Positions 53,752-62,496 are shown, counted from the stretch's first letter. The stretch is DNA of 64,000 nucleotides from an uncultured virus (IMG/VR IMGVR_UViG_3300034082_001676) (IMGVR_UViG_3300034082_001676:1-64000); one strand, 5' to 3'. Program-made: numbers and translations. Notes: generated from the sequence alone by a model not told the origin.

Positions 53752-54045
53752 ATGATTGTTCCAGATTTAATCAAAGCCGTTGAATCAGGTTGGGAGAAAT
53801 CCAGACTTGAAGGACTTAAAATTCAAGGAAAACATCGTATGAACGAACGAATTAAAGAACTTGCTAGACAGGCAGGACTAATTGCACCCTATGGTAGTGA
53901 TCGTGAAGAGTTGAGTGATTTTGATTACAGAGAATTCGCCGAGTTGATTGTGAAAGAATGCGCCGGAAAAGTTGATTGGATCCTTGCCGAAGGTGGTAAG
54001 ACACAGGGTGATTTGATTCGGGAACATTTCGGAGTTGAAGAATGA
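53752..54045 (+). CDS. MNERI-family small protein, copy 3 (with 29 aa N-terminal extension; internal ATG 53839)
   Basis: MNERIKELARQAG...EFAELIVKECA...IREHFGVEE. Confidence 0.8.
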   Translation: MIVPDLIKAVESGWEKSRLEGLKIQGKHRMNERIKELARQAGLIAPYGSDREELSDFDYREFAELIVKECAGKVDWILAEGGKTQGDLIREHFGVEE

Positions 54046-54119
54046 GTTTTATTTTAGGATTCATTGCAGGTTACATAGTAGCAGCTATCATATATGCATA
54101 CCGTTCAAATGAAGATTAA
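54042..54119 (+). CDS. 25 aa single-TM peptide inside the array
   Basis: Hand-translated MSFILGFIAGYIVAAIIYAYRSNED; starts in repeat 4. Confidence 0.55.
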   Translation: MSFILGFIAGYIVAAIIYAYRSNED

Positions 54120-54133
54120 AGGACAACGACAGA

Positions 54134-54367
54134 ATGAATGAACGAATTCGACAACTTGCTGAACAGGCTGGGCTAACCACGGTTGCTGATGTCTACCTTA
54201 TGAAGAAATATATGCCTAACGAAGTAAAGTTCGCCGAGTTGATTGTGCAGGAATGCGCTAATATTGCACGTAATGTGGGAAACATTTCTGAACCCGATGA
54301 CTGGGCGCTGGATAGATGCTATGAGATTGAACAAAGAATTCAAGACCGTTTTGGAGTTGAAGAATGA
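54134..54367 (+). CDS. MNERI-family small protein, copy 4
   Basis: MNERIRQLAEQAG...KFAELIVQECA...IQDRFGVEE. Confidence 0.8.
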   Translation: MNERIRQLAEQAGLTTVADVYLMKKYMPNEVKFAELIVQECANIARNVGNISEPDDWALDRCYEIEQRIQDRFGVEE

Positions 54368-54555
54368 AAAAAGATTGGGACACCCAAGAACAATCAGATA
54401 TGTTTGACAAGTTTCTTGACGACACATCGGATTCAAGGTCGCAAACTTGGAAAGGTTGGCACGGCCGCCGTGCGCACGGTTACGATGAACTAGAATGGGA
54501 AGCATTTCAGTATGGATGGAATGCCGCAAAGGTATGTTTTGGAGTTAAAGAATGA
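54364..54555 (+). CDS. Small protein with unrelated body but FGVKE tail
   Basis: Bounded by repeats 5 and 6. Confidence 0.7.
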   Translation: MKKDWDTQEQSDMFDKFLDDTSDSRSQTWKGWHGRRAHGYDELEWEAFQYGWNAAKVCFGVKE

Positions 54556-54785
54556 ACATAGATCACGGTGCGATATTTCAACAATGTGTATACGATGCAG
54601 ATAATCGGTTTGTTGATTTAACACTCAGACCGGTTGCTGTGAATTCCCGTACATTTATGCTTACTATGACAGACACATCCAACGATGCAGAAATGGACAT
54701 GATGATTGAACTTTATCTCACAGAAGAAAATTTGAAAAAAGTGATTTACCGTTTGATAAATGTATTAGAAGGTATTGGAAAATGA
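54552..54785 (+). CDS. Hypothetical small protein
   Basis: Starts in repeat 6; ATGA coupling downstream. Confidence 0.65.
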   Translation: MNIDHGAIFQQCVYDADNRFVDLTLRPVAVNSRTFMLTMTDTSNDAEMDMMIELYLTEENLKKVIYRLINVLEGIGK

Positions 54786-55021
54786 ACGAACGAATCATAG
54801 AACTGGCTGACCACGCAAAAGAATATGCCAATCAGTGTACAAAGGATCTTGACGGTGACATTTCTTGGCACTGGATGGACTATTACACTGAAAAGTTCGC
54901 CGAGTTGATTGTTGAGGAATGTCTCTACATTGTCGAAGGTGAAGATGATGGTAGTGCTGATACTAAAAGTGTTCGATTGGCAATGATAAGAATGAAACAA
55001 CATTTCGGAGTTATAGAATGA
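54782..55021 (+). CDS. MNERI-family small protein, copy 5
   Basis: MNERIIELADHA...KFAELIVEEC...MKQHFGVIE. Confidence 0.8.
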   Translation: MNERIIELADHAKEYANQCTKDLDGDISWHWMDYYTEKFAELIVEECLYIVEGEDDGSADTKSVRLAMIRMKQHFGVIE

Positions 55022-55263
55022 ATCAAGTCCCGCTCAAAGCACACGAAGAATGGGCCCAGCAGAGAGTAGAAATTGCCCGGCGTGACACCGATCAGGCCTT
55101 GCATTTGGTTGCAATGGCGCATTTGAATTTGATGCAACATCTCAAGTACGGATTTGACCCAAAGACTGCACACAGCACCTTGATCAGCGTGGGACAAATA
55201 TATCCTAAACTAAAAGCAAAGATGAATGACTTGACTCGAGAGTTAGAGAATAAAAACGGTTGA
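55018..55263 (+). CDS. Hypothetical small protein
   Basis: Starts in repeat 7. Confidence 0.65.
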   Translation: MNQVPLKAHEEWAQQRVEIARRDTDQALHLVAMAHLNLMQHLKYGFDPKTAHSTLISVGQIYPKLKAKMNDLTRELENKNG

Positions 55264-55288
55264 CATTAAATGATATTGAGTGTATAAT
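55260..55288 (+). promoter_or_regulatory. Perfect-consensus sigma70 promoter
   Basis: TTGACA-N17-TATAAT. Confidence 0.85.
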
Positions 55289-55320
55289 ATACACTTAGAC
55301 AGTTAATCAAAGGACTTGAT

Positions 55321-56346
55321 ATGAGGAAGTTAGCAACCATTAGGAAGATTGATGCACTGCGTCCTATCCCGGATGCTGATGCTATCGAATGTGCAGTCGT
55401 AGGTGGATGGACGGCTGTGGTTAAGAAGGGTGAATATGCCGCAGGTGATCTTGCTGTGTACTGCGAAATCGATTCTTGGATTCCTCACGCACTGGCACCA
55501 TTTTTGAGCAAGGGCAAGGAGCCCAGAGTGTTTGATGGTATTCAAGGCGAACGTCTGCGTACAATGAAGCTTCGAGGACAGTTGAGCCAGGGGCTGTTGT
55601 TGCCATTGTCTACATTGACTATGATAGATTCGGAACTATTTGAAGGACTCGATGTATCATTTCCACTAGGCATTGTGAAATACGAAGCCCCCATCCCAGC
55701 ACAATTGGCAGGAGAAGTCAAGGGCATGTTCCCAGGTTGGATTCAAAAGACTGACCAAGAACGTGTTCAAAACTTGAAAGAAGAATTGGACTACTGGCTT
55801 AGAGAACAACACGTTTGGGAAGTTACTGAAAAGCTGGATGGCAGCTCAATGACTGTGTATCTGCGTGATGGAGAGTTTGGTGTGTGTTCACGTAATCTTG
55901 AACTCAAGCCCAGCGAAACCAACAGCCTGTGGAAGGTTGCAGTACGCAATGATTTGGAGTTGAAGCTTCGTCGTGCCGATCGTAATCTTGCACTGCAAGG
56001 TGAGTTGATTGGAGAAGGTATCCAAGGTAATCCATACAAGCAAAAAGGACAGGAATTTTTCTTGTTTGATATCTACGACATCGATACCAGCAAGTACTTT
56101 ACTCCTGCCGAACGCAAGGCATTTGTTCAAGAACACGACATCAAACACGTGCCTGTGCTGGCATTTGGGGCTGAACTGTCAGATACCCTAGGAGTCAACA
56201 GCATTGACGGAATTCTGCGTTTTGCAGAAGGTAAATCAGTTATGGGAATGATAGGTTGTGAACGTGAAGGCGTTGTGTTTAAAAGCAAGGCCATGCAATG
56301 TTCGTTCAAGGCGATCTCTAATAAATTTTTGTTAAAAAGTGAATAA
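55321..56346 (+). CDS. RNA ligase, DRB0094 family
   Basis: MRKLATIRKI..IPDADAIE N-domain; TEKLDGSS, LQGELIG, REGVVFK, FKAISN. Confidence 0.92.
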   Translation: MRKLATIRKIDALRPIPDADAIECAVVGGWTAVVKKGEYAAGDLAVYCEIDSWIPHALAPFLSKGKEPRVFDGIQGERLRTMKLRGQLSQGLLLPLSTLTMIDSELFEGLDVSFPLGIVKYEAPIPAQLAGEVKGMFPGWIQKTDQERVQNLKEELDYWLREQHVWEVTEKLDGSSMTVYLRDGEFGVCSRNLELKPSETNSLWKVAVRNDLELKLRRADRNLALQGELIGEGIQGNPYKQKGQEFFLFDIYDIDTSKYFTPAERKAFVQEHDIKHVPVLAFGAELSDTLGVNSIDGILRFAEGKSVMGMIGCEREGVVFKSKAMQCSFKAISNKFLLKSE

Positions 56347-56352
56347 GATATT

Positions 56353-56595
56353 ATGAAAACGAGCGGAACACCCTCAAGCTCTAGCCCGGGCATAACGGGC
56401 TTTATCGAAATATTCGAAGGTCGACTGAATAAGATGAAGTTGCATCTTAAAGAAGAATTGAGCAAAGCCAAACACGAACGAAATCGTAAGCTGATCAAAA
56501 GTCAGTTGGCTGAGGCCCGCAAACTTAACCGGACACTGAAAGACATGCGTAATGCCAATACCCGACTGTGTCCACATTGCGGAGAGAAGCTATGA
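56353..56595 (+). CDS. Basic hypothetical protein with C-terminal CPHCG
   Basis: 80 aa ORF. Confidence 0.7.
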   Translation: MKTSGTPSSSSPGITGFIEIFEGRLNKMKLHLKEELSKAKHERNRKLIKSQLAEARKLNRTLKDMRNANTRLCPHCGEKL

Positions 56596-56711
56596 CAGAA
56601 GGAGAACGAGCAGGACGCTGGGCTATGCTGTATATCTATACGGTGTTGTTTGCTTTATGGTTTAATATTGTCGCCATTGCGGTCTGGCATATCAAGGAGT
56701 GGTTTTTATGA
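56592..56711 (+). CDS. 39 aa single-TM peptide
   Basis: Hand-translated MTEGERAGRWAMLYIYTVLFALWFNIVAIAVWHIKEWFL; ATGA overlaps at both ends. Confidence 0.6.
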   Translation: MTEGERAGRWAMLYIYTVLFALWFNIVAIAVWHIKEWFL

Positions 56712-57040
56712 ACGAAAGAATTAGAGAACTTGCTAAACAGGCTGGTGATTATGTAAATGAAGTATATACACCGCCTGTAAGATCCAAGACTCCGGGTAAG
56801 ATTTGGGAAGATGGTCACATTGATTGGCATACACAGTTTAACGAAAAATTCGCCCGGTTGATTGTGACAGAATGTTGTCAAGCATTAAATCCCATGTTGC
56901 GTGACATGATTAGTCGCGGACAGGGAGTAGACATGGTTAAACAACATTTTGAAATGAATCTCAACGAAATCACAACGGCCATGCTGGACCGTACGATTAA
57001 CCAATGTGAACAACAATTAGCGGAGAAGAAGAATGACTGA
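56708..57040 (+). CDS. MNERI-family protein, copy 6 (extended C-terminus)
   Basis: MNERIRELAKQAG...KFARLIVTEC...VKQHFEM. Confidence 0.8.
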   Translation: MNERIRELAKQAGDYVNEVYTPPVRSKTPGKIWEDGHIDWHTQFNEKFARLIVTECCQALNPMLRDMISRGQGVDMVKQHFEMNLNEITTAMLDRTINQCEQQLAEKKND

Positions 57041-57230
57041 TAGATTTGATTTAGAACAACAAATTATGGACTGCTGGAAGATCACTGATGACATTCCCAT
57101 GATGGAAGCTCAAGGTGCCAATACCGCAGACATGACCTCATTGGCCTGTGTTTATGAATACAAGTTCAAACAACTGTGGGCTACCTTTGAAACTATGATT
57201 GCCGAACGGCAGTTCAAGGACACACAATGA
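57033..57230 (+). CDS. Hypothetical phage protein
   Basis: DRFDLEQQIMDCW...YEYKFKQLW. Confidence 0.75.
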   Translation: MTDRFDLEQQIMDCWKITDDIPMMEAQGANTADMTSLACVYEYKFKQLWATFETMIAERQFKDTQ

Positions 57231-57403
57231 CACTTAGCGAAATATATATCAGCGTATGGTTTATGTCGTTGATATTTTTTACTATAACAACAGGTCTATC
57301 TATGTATGAGACCGAGGGAGTATTGGCAACAACTATATTCACTTCTATGATGAGTGTGGTATTTGTTATTTCTTTGTTTGCAACTGTGTTTTTAATTACC
57401 TAA
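57227..57403 (+). CDS. 58 aa 2-TM peptide
   Basis: Hand-translated MTLSEIYISVWFMSLIFFTITTGLSMYETEGVLATTIFTSMMSVVFVISLFATVFLIT. Confidence 0.55.
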   Translation: MTLSEIYISVWFMSLIFFTITTGLSMYETEGVLATTIFTSMMSVVFVISLFATVFLIT

Positions 57404-57413
57404 AGGATATAAA

Positions 57414-57929
57414 ATGATTAATATGAAAGAATGGATGGAATTGGTTGGTTATCGAATTACAGAGGGTAGTGCATACGGCTGGCAATGCTATGGTTCTGAT
57501 GCATATGCATTAGATTCGTGGAATGGTGATCACGACGGGCATAGTTTCACAGTCATCTTTGATACCAAAGACCAAACAGTTTACGAAGTGCAGGTACACG
57601 ACTATGTGCATAATCGTGCATACCGTATGATCAATCCAGACTTCCAAAAGAAAAATAAAAAAGAAGCTCGTCGTCGAGACGTCAACAAAGACGAAGCCTG
57701 GGACGATGTCAATTATATTGATCTAGAAGTAGATGACGACTTTATCCAAAAGTGTTTGGCTATTCAAGCAGGTGAAGATTATGATACAAAAGTGTCAGTT
57801 CCGTTGGAACTAGAAGATGATAAAATGTTTGAACTTATGCGTATGGCACACGAACAGGACATTACTCTAAACCAGCTGGTAGAAAATATACTGCGTAATA
57901 TGATTGCCGAAAAAGAAATTACTGTTTAG
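57414..57929 (+). CDS. Hypothetical protein with C-terminal ribbon-helix-helix-like segment
   Basis: LMRMAHEQDITLNQLVENIL. Confidence 0.7.
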   Translation: MINMKEWMELVGYRITEGSAYGWQCYGSDAYALDSWNGDHDGHSFTVIFDTKDQTVYEVQVHDYVHNRAYRMINPDFQKKNKKEARRRDVNKDEAWDDVNYIDLEVDDDFIQKCLAIQAGEDYDTKVSVPLELEDDKMFELMRMAHEQDITLNQLVENILRNMIAEKEITV

Positions 57930-58806
57930 TAGCTTGGATGTCAAAGCCGTTGCGACAGGCATCGGCTTTGCAAATTATAGAGTTTTGAACCCCTGTAAAT
58001 TCTATTCCTAGTTTTCCAACAAGGCCACCTTGACCACAGTGGCCTCGTTTTATACGGCCCCAGGCATCAACGATTAGTTGTTCAACGCCGGCCATACACT
58101 GTTGTCCGGGAAACGTATTCTTTTTCTCAAGCATAAGAGTTTGAAAGTCTGAAAATTCTTCTTCTCCTGTGTCATTAACGTAAATCAAATCTCCGTGTTG
58201 GCGTTTTAATTTTACAGCGTGTTCAAGTTTGTATTCCATCGGCTGTTTGTTAATAGCGGGATCTTCAAACAGCATCTTTCTATGAACGAGTTGATCGGGC
58301 CACATTTTTTTTATTTTAGTAATAGTATCTTCTAATTCTTGCCATCGGTCCGGCAACATACTCACTGTTATACTTACGTTTACATTTTTCTTTTTAGCAG
58401 CATATAAGCATAGCATAAAATGACTGATCGGAGTGTGTTCTGAATGTACTTCTAGATTTATACTGTCAACTGTATCTAACAGGGTTTTCCATTCTGCAAT
58501 AGGCATACTGGCATTGGTTCGTATGCATACGTTACTGTTTTTTGTCTTGATGTGTTTTATCAAATCCACAAGCCAGGGCCACTGAGTAACTTCCCCTCCT
58601 GTAAAATAATAATTACAGGTTTTGCCTAGGGTTTTGGCAAAGTCACTAACTTGATCAACAAATTTCAAACAGTGTTCGATGTTTGGCAAGTCAATACTGC
58701 CACTTTTTATAATATCAGGACAATAACTGCAATTGTAATTGCAGTGATTCATCAACCACCAGTCGATATAGAAATATCGATTGTCTCTAATACTGCGAAG
58801 TTGCAT
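57919..58806 (-). CDS. Radical SAM protein with C-terminal Cys cluster
   Basis: CNYNCSYC, FTGGEVT, C..G......G....C...C....C. Confidence 0.9.
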   Translation of the reverse strand: MQLRSIRDNRYFYIDWWLMNHCNYNCSYCPDIIKSGSIDLPNIEHCLKFVDQVSDFAKTLGKTCNYYFTGGEVTQWPWLVDLIKHIKTKNSNVCIRTNASMPIAEWKTLLDTVDSINLEVHSEHTPISHFMLCLYAAKKKNVNVSITVSMLPDRWQELEDTITKIKKMWPDQLVHRKMLFEDPAINKQPMEYKLEHAVKLKRQHGDLIYVNDTGEEEFSDFQTLMLEKKNTFPGQQCMAGVEQLIVDAWGRIKRGHCGQGGLVGKLGIEFTGVQNSIICKADACRNGFDIQATKQ

Positions 58807-59364
58807 CTAGGCCATCCAACTGTCAGTGGCCTGTTCTCCGCATAACTGCGTGGATTCTATCCACATCTCTTTGGTATTCGTTTCTAAAAGCCAAACTGGA
58901 TCAGGTGTTTTTAAAGTCAGCCAGCTTTGTTGTCTGCTCCACGGCGGATCGCCTAGTAGCTCGCCTTCAAGTTGTCCTGGGCCCCAGCTGCTTTGTCCAA
59001 AAAATATTCTAAAACGCTCTGGATAATCGTTGTCGGCTAGATGATGAAACATACCAACATTGCTGGTCATTGACCAATCGGCATTGATCCTATGTGTTGA
59101 ATCCATCTTCCAATCACTGTGATGTAACATCCATACTGTGTTGAGTCCCACTGGACCACCCCAATAGAGATTGAAATCTTGAGCCAGCTCTATGTTTATT
59201 TCTTTGAGGACGCTGTTTATTGAATGGCTTGTTGGGCGATTTACACAGAGTGCCAGAGAACCTCGATTTGTACTATGAGTGACCAGTAACACTGTTTTGT
59301 CAAATCTTGAATCGCTCATGTTAGGAGGAGATATTAATAAATCTCCTTTTTCGATTCTATGCAT
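58807..59364 (-). CDS. YqgE/AlgH family protein (DUF179)
   Basis: LLISPPNMSDSRF..TVLL, YWGGPV, GQSSWGPGQLEGEL...SWL. Confidence 0.9.
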   Translation of the reverse strand: MHRIEKGDLLISPPNMSDSRFDKTVLLVTHSTNRGSLALCVNRPTSHSINSVLKEINIELAQDFNLYWGGPVGLNTVWMLHHSDWKMDSTHRINADWSMTSNVGMFHHLADNDYPERFRIFFGQSSWGPGQLEGELLGDPPWSRQQSWLTLKTPDPVWLLETNTKEMWIESTQLCGEQATDSWMA

Positions 59365-59370
59365 TCTAGA

Positions 59371-59613
59371 TCAACTCCAGTCTGGAAGTGGGCCGCCATA
59401 TTTCTTGCCCTTGATTCTTTTGCCTTTTACTGTGGTGCGCTCATTGCCAATCTTGTGTGATTTATTGCCGTGTCGACCACGATAGCCTTGGCTCTTGCAG
59501 CTGGCCAGTTGACTGGCACCTAGTGCAGCATTGGGTTTGCCGCTCGTGCAAAGAGCTCGGCTCGCGGGCTCTTCGTCTAATTCTTTGTTTTGGATAACTT
59601 CAAATATTCGCAT
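59371..59613 (-). CDS. Small basic protein, 80 aa
   Basis: MRIFEV N-terminus, TAAATA 4 nt upstream; Lys/Arg/Gly-rich tail. Confidence 0.7.
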   Translation of the reverse strand: MRIFEVIQNKELDEEPASRALCTSGKPNAALGASQLASCKSQGYRGRHGNKSHKIGNERTTVKGKRIKGKKYGGPLPDWS

Positions 59614-59623
59614 CAAGTATTTA

Positions 59624-60793
59624 TTAGGATTCAAAAGTTTTGTCGCCGGGCCAAAGAGGCAGTTTGGTACCTGGCGCTCTTTTAGGTATTTTACTGTCTG
59701 CACTGCTTACACAGCTAGGACTAATACAAGGTTTAGGGCCGTCAAAAAGCTGAAATCCTGTTTCTATATTACCTAACGGTGCATCGTGGCAACTATAGCT
59801 ACGTTTAATGCTGCCGTCTGGTTCACGTATAATAATGCCTCTGTAGCCGCTTGAGCATTCCCAATCTGTAAACTTGTTAAAATTAAAAGCATTGAACCGT
59901 TCAGCTTGATCCATGTACCAAATCTTCTGTTCTTTATCTACGAACTCTACTTGAAAATGCTGTGGTATTTTACTGTGTTCTTGCTTGTAAATAGGATCTG
60001 GTGTTTTAAAGAATTTGGGTTCAGGACGTTTAACTAACTTGGTCTTGGTTGCTTTATCTTCAGTGAAGGCACGTTGCGGCATACCGTTGTGTAGACGTTT
60101 TAACATGTCAGGAGTATATCCATCAACTACACGACTAGCAGTGGGATCACTCTGAGGCTTTAGTGTAACATTGATGCCTTGATTGTGAAAGAACAGAGCA
60201 TTTTCAAAATCACGTTCAAACCATTCAGGAACCATAACCTGATTAATAGTTATTTGAACATCGTGTTGCTGGCATAGTATTAGTTTGTCGGCAAACTCCT
60301 GCATCTTCTCGGGTGTGTCTACGTGTTCTGTATGTAAACTAGCAGTGATACTAGCACGATGAAATTTACTAACAGCAGGACAATACTTTTCTTCAAACCA
60401 TTTAAGTGGTCTACTCATATTGCTAGTCATGTGTACGCTAGTATAGTTTGTGTTTGCTACATCATCATTTAGATAATTAAGGATATCAATATAACCAGGA
60501 TGGAAGGTAGGCTCGCCGCCACTAAGACTAAAATGAAAACTGTTAAAATTGCGTTCTCTAGCTTGTCGTTTGATTTCATCTATTGTGCGTAAACACAGTT
60601 CGGTTGGTCTGTGGTCTTTTGTATCACTGCGGGCATAGGGCCAGCAATAGCTACAACGGTAATTACAATAACGTCCTAACAGCCAACTGACTGTAAAGAG
60701 ATCTTTGTACAACATTGTACGTTGTCCTACACGAACAATATCGTTGTAGGGTATTTGGGTAAAGTCGTAGGCCGACCAACTTAAATCATTCAT
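59624..60793 (-). CDS. Radical SAM protein with C-terminal Cys cluster
   Basis: CNYRCSYC, LSGGEPT, CSSG...C...C....C. Confidence 0.9.
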   Translation of the reverse strand: MNDLSWSAYDFTQIPYNDIVRVGQRTMLYKDLFTVSWLLGRYCNYRCSYCWPYARSDTKDHRPTELCLRTIDEIKRQARERNFNSFHFSLSGGEPTFHPGYIDILNYLNDDVANTNYTSVHMTSNMSRPLKWFEEKYCPAVSKFHRASITASLHTEHVDTPEKMQEFADKLILCQQHDVQITINQVMVPEWFERDFENALFFHNQGINVTLKPQSDPTASRVVDGYTPDMLKRLHNGMPQRAFTEDKATKTKLVKRPEPKFFKTPDPIYKQEHSKIPQHFQVEFVDKEQKIWYMDQAERFNAFNFNKFTDWECSSGYRGIIIREPDGSIKRSYSCHDAPLGNIETGFQLFDGPKPCISPSCVSSADSKIPKRAPGTKLPLWPGDKTFES

Positions 60794-61340
60794 AAGGTTG
60801 TTGTAACGGATCTATACTAATTTCATTTACACAAATATCTTTTGGTTGTTCTACAATCCATTTAATATATAGTGCGGCTTGAACAATGTCTAAACATTTT
60901 CTTGTAGGATGTTTAGATTGTACATTTGTTAAACTTCCAAAACTAACTAAGGTAATTTTAGGACCGTTATCCCAAACACCATTCATACCTAGTGTATTGC
61001 AGTAGTCTCTCAATGCTTTCTTTTCTGCGTTATACAACCAAGCGCCGCCTTTCTTCACACGGTCAGTGGTAGATCCTATGCAAATGATTTGAAGTCTATG
61101 ATTATTCTCTGTACATTTTTTGTAAACTGCATCTAATAAAATAGTTTGATTAAATTTATGTAAAGCACTACAGTTTATAAAGATATCATAATCTAATGTG
61201 AGATCCGCTAGTTTTTTCTGATCATCATTTTTTGTTAGATCAAAGCCTGTAGTACGGCTAGCAAAAAAAACATCTGGGTACAATTTAAATAATTCGGCAG
61301 CAAGGCCGTAATTTTTATTTCCTGCTACTAGTATTTTCAT
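60786..61340 (-). CDS. Short-chain dehydrogenase/reductase-like protein
   Basis: ILVAG...GL, FINCSA, IGS, YNAEK (YxxxK). Confidence 0.75.
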   Translation of the reverse strand: MKILVAGNKNYGLAAELFKLYPDVFFASRTTGFDLTKNDDQKKLADLTLDYDIFINCSALHKFNQTILLDAVYKKCTENNHRLQIICIGSTTDRVKKGGAWLYNAEKKALRDYCNTLGMNGVWDNGPKITLVSFGSLTNVQSKHPTRKCLDIVQAALYIKWIVEQPKDICVNEISIDPLQQPYE

Positions 61341-62496
61341 ATGATAATTCTGGTATTAAAGTTGCTAGATCTTGGTTGCGAGACTTGTCTAGTGCGTTTG
61401 TATAATGATAAAACTTAGGAAGTTTATGACTCCAGTCTTCTGCATTCATATAATCAATAATTCCTTTGACTTTATCTATATGCAGATAAGGTTCTAATAA
61501 TTTAACCACTTGTTCTTTTAGATGCTGTGGCAAGACCCGGATGTTTAATTCTTCCGGGTGATTTAAAATATTAAAATAAATTCTATGTCCGTAGGGAACT
61601 GCCCAATCTATTAATTCGTTGAGGCGAAGTATATTATACATCTGTACTGTGCAATGGATCTCTATTGAACAATTTTTTAATGTTCTTATCTTTTCAAAGT
61701 TTTCTTGGATATGCTGCCAACTGCTGGGAAATCTAATATAACGATCAAGTTCTCCTGTTGCATCAATAGAACAATTCAATTGTACACGTTTAAAATGCGT
61801 CCACCGATCTAATAAATGTTTTGGAACATTAGTAAGATTTGTGTTGTATTTCAATCTAATATTTTTAGCAGTACCCCTATCTATAAAATAATCCAAGAGT
61901 TTGTGCTGTGCTTTAATAATTGTTGGCTCGCCGCCTGTTAGATATATTTCTTCTACAGTGTCAGCAATAAGATATAAATTTTCCCAAGTTTTTTCTCTTT
62001 CAGGCCAATCCATGTTGTTTAATCTATTGTATTCGCTTTGACTAAGAACTTCTCCTATCAAGGGCCATTCTGCTGTCCACATATTACTAGCATAAGGATT
62101 ACACATACGACATTTTAGATTACACAAATTACTTAATCGAATGTCAACATATCTAATATTAAATGTCGCCTGGATCGGATACTCTCGGTCCGTCCCCCAT
62201 TTATCGTTGGCTGCTTGTCTTGCACTTTTAATACCTGCATCTTCTTCTCGAAAACATCTAACGCACATGTCAGGTCGTTCTCCATCTAAAAACTGCTGTC
62301 TTATTTTTGTATATGTAGGACTATTCCAAGCTTCTAACATATCATCACGTTGTATTTGATATGACGAGCCAGGACTTTTTAAAATGTTATTGTTTTTGGG
62401 ATCGCTGTTGCAACAAACACGTAAATTTCCGCTGGCATTTGTAGCCAAATGCATCCATGGCAATACACAGAATGTTTTAGAAGTTATTTCATCCAT
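61315..62496 (-). CDS. Radical SAM protein with N-terminal twitch/SPASM-like domain
   Basis: FCVLPW...VCC...CVRC then CNLKCRMC, TGGEP. Confidence 0.9.
   Translation of the reverse strand: MDEITSKTFCVLPWMHLATNASGNLRVCCNSDPKNNNILKSPGSSYQIQRDDMLEAWNSPTYTKIRQQFLDGERPDMCVRCFREEDAGIKSARQAANDKWGTDREYPIQATFNIRYVDIRLSNLCNLKCRMCNPYASNMWTAEWPLIGEVLSQSEYNRLNNMDWPEREKTWENLYLIADTVEEIYLTGGEPTIIKAQHKLLDYFIDRGTAKNIRLKYNTNLTNVPKHLLDRWTHFKRVQLNCSIDATGELDRYIRFPSSWQHIQENFEKIRTLKNCSIEIHCTVQMYNILRLNELIDWAVPYGHRIYFNILNHPEELNIRVLPQHLKEQVVKLLEPYLHIDKVKGIIDYMNAEDWSHKLPKFYHYTNALDKSRNQDLATLIPELSYENTSSRK

Larger units (their letters stand above)
53301..55021 (+). repeat. Seven copies of a 21-nt gene-junction repeat, consensus CATTTCGGAGTTGAAGAATGA
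   Basis: Copies start at 53301, 53534, 53735, 54025, 54347, 54535, 55001; each holds a GGAG SD and the ATG of the next ORF. Confidence 0.92.

Noticed and set aside
53301..55021. CRISPR array interpretation of the 21-nt repeats
   Set aside because: Spacers are ~170-450 nt, irregular and protein-coding; repeats are not palindromic; no cas operon is present.
53103..57040. Diversity-generating retroelement or retron behind the variable paralogs
   Set aside because: No reverse transcriptase in the window and differences are block replacements, not adenine-specific substitutions.
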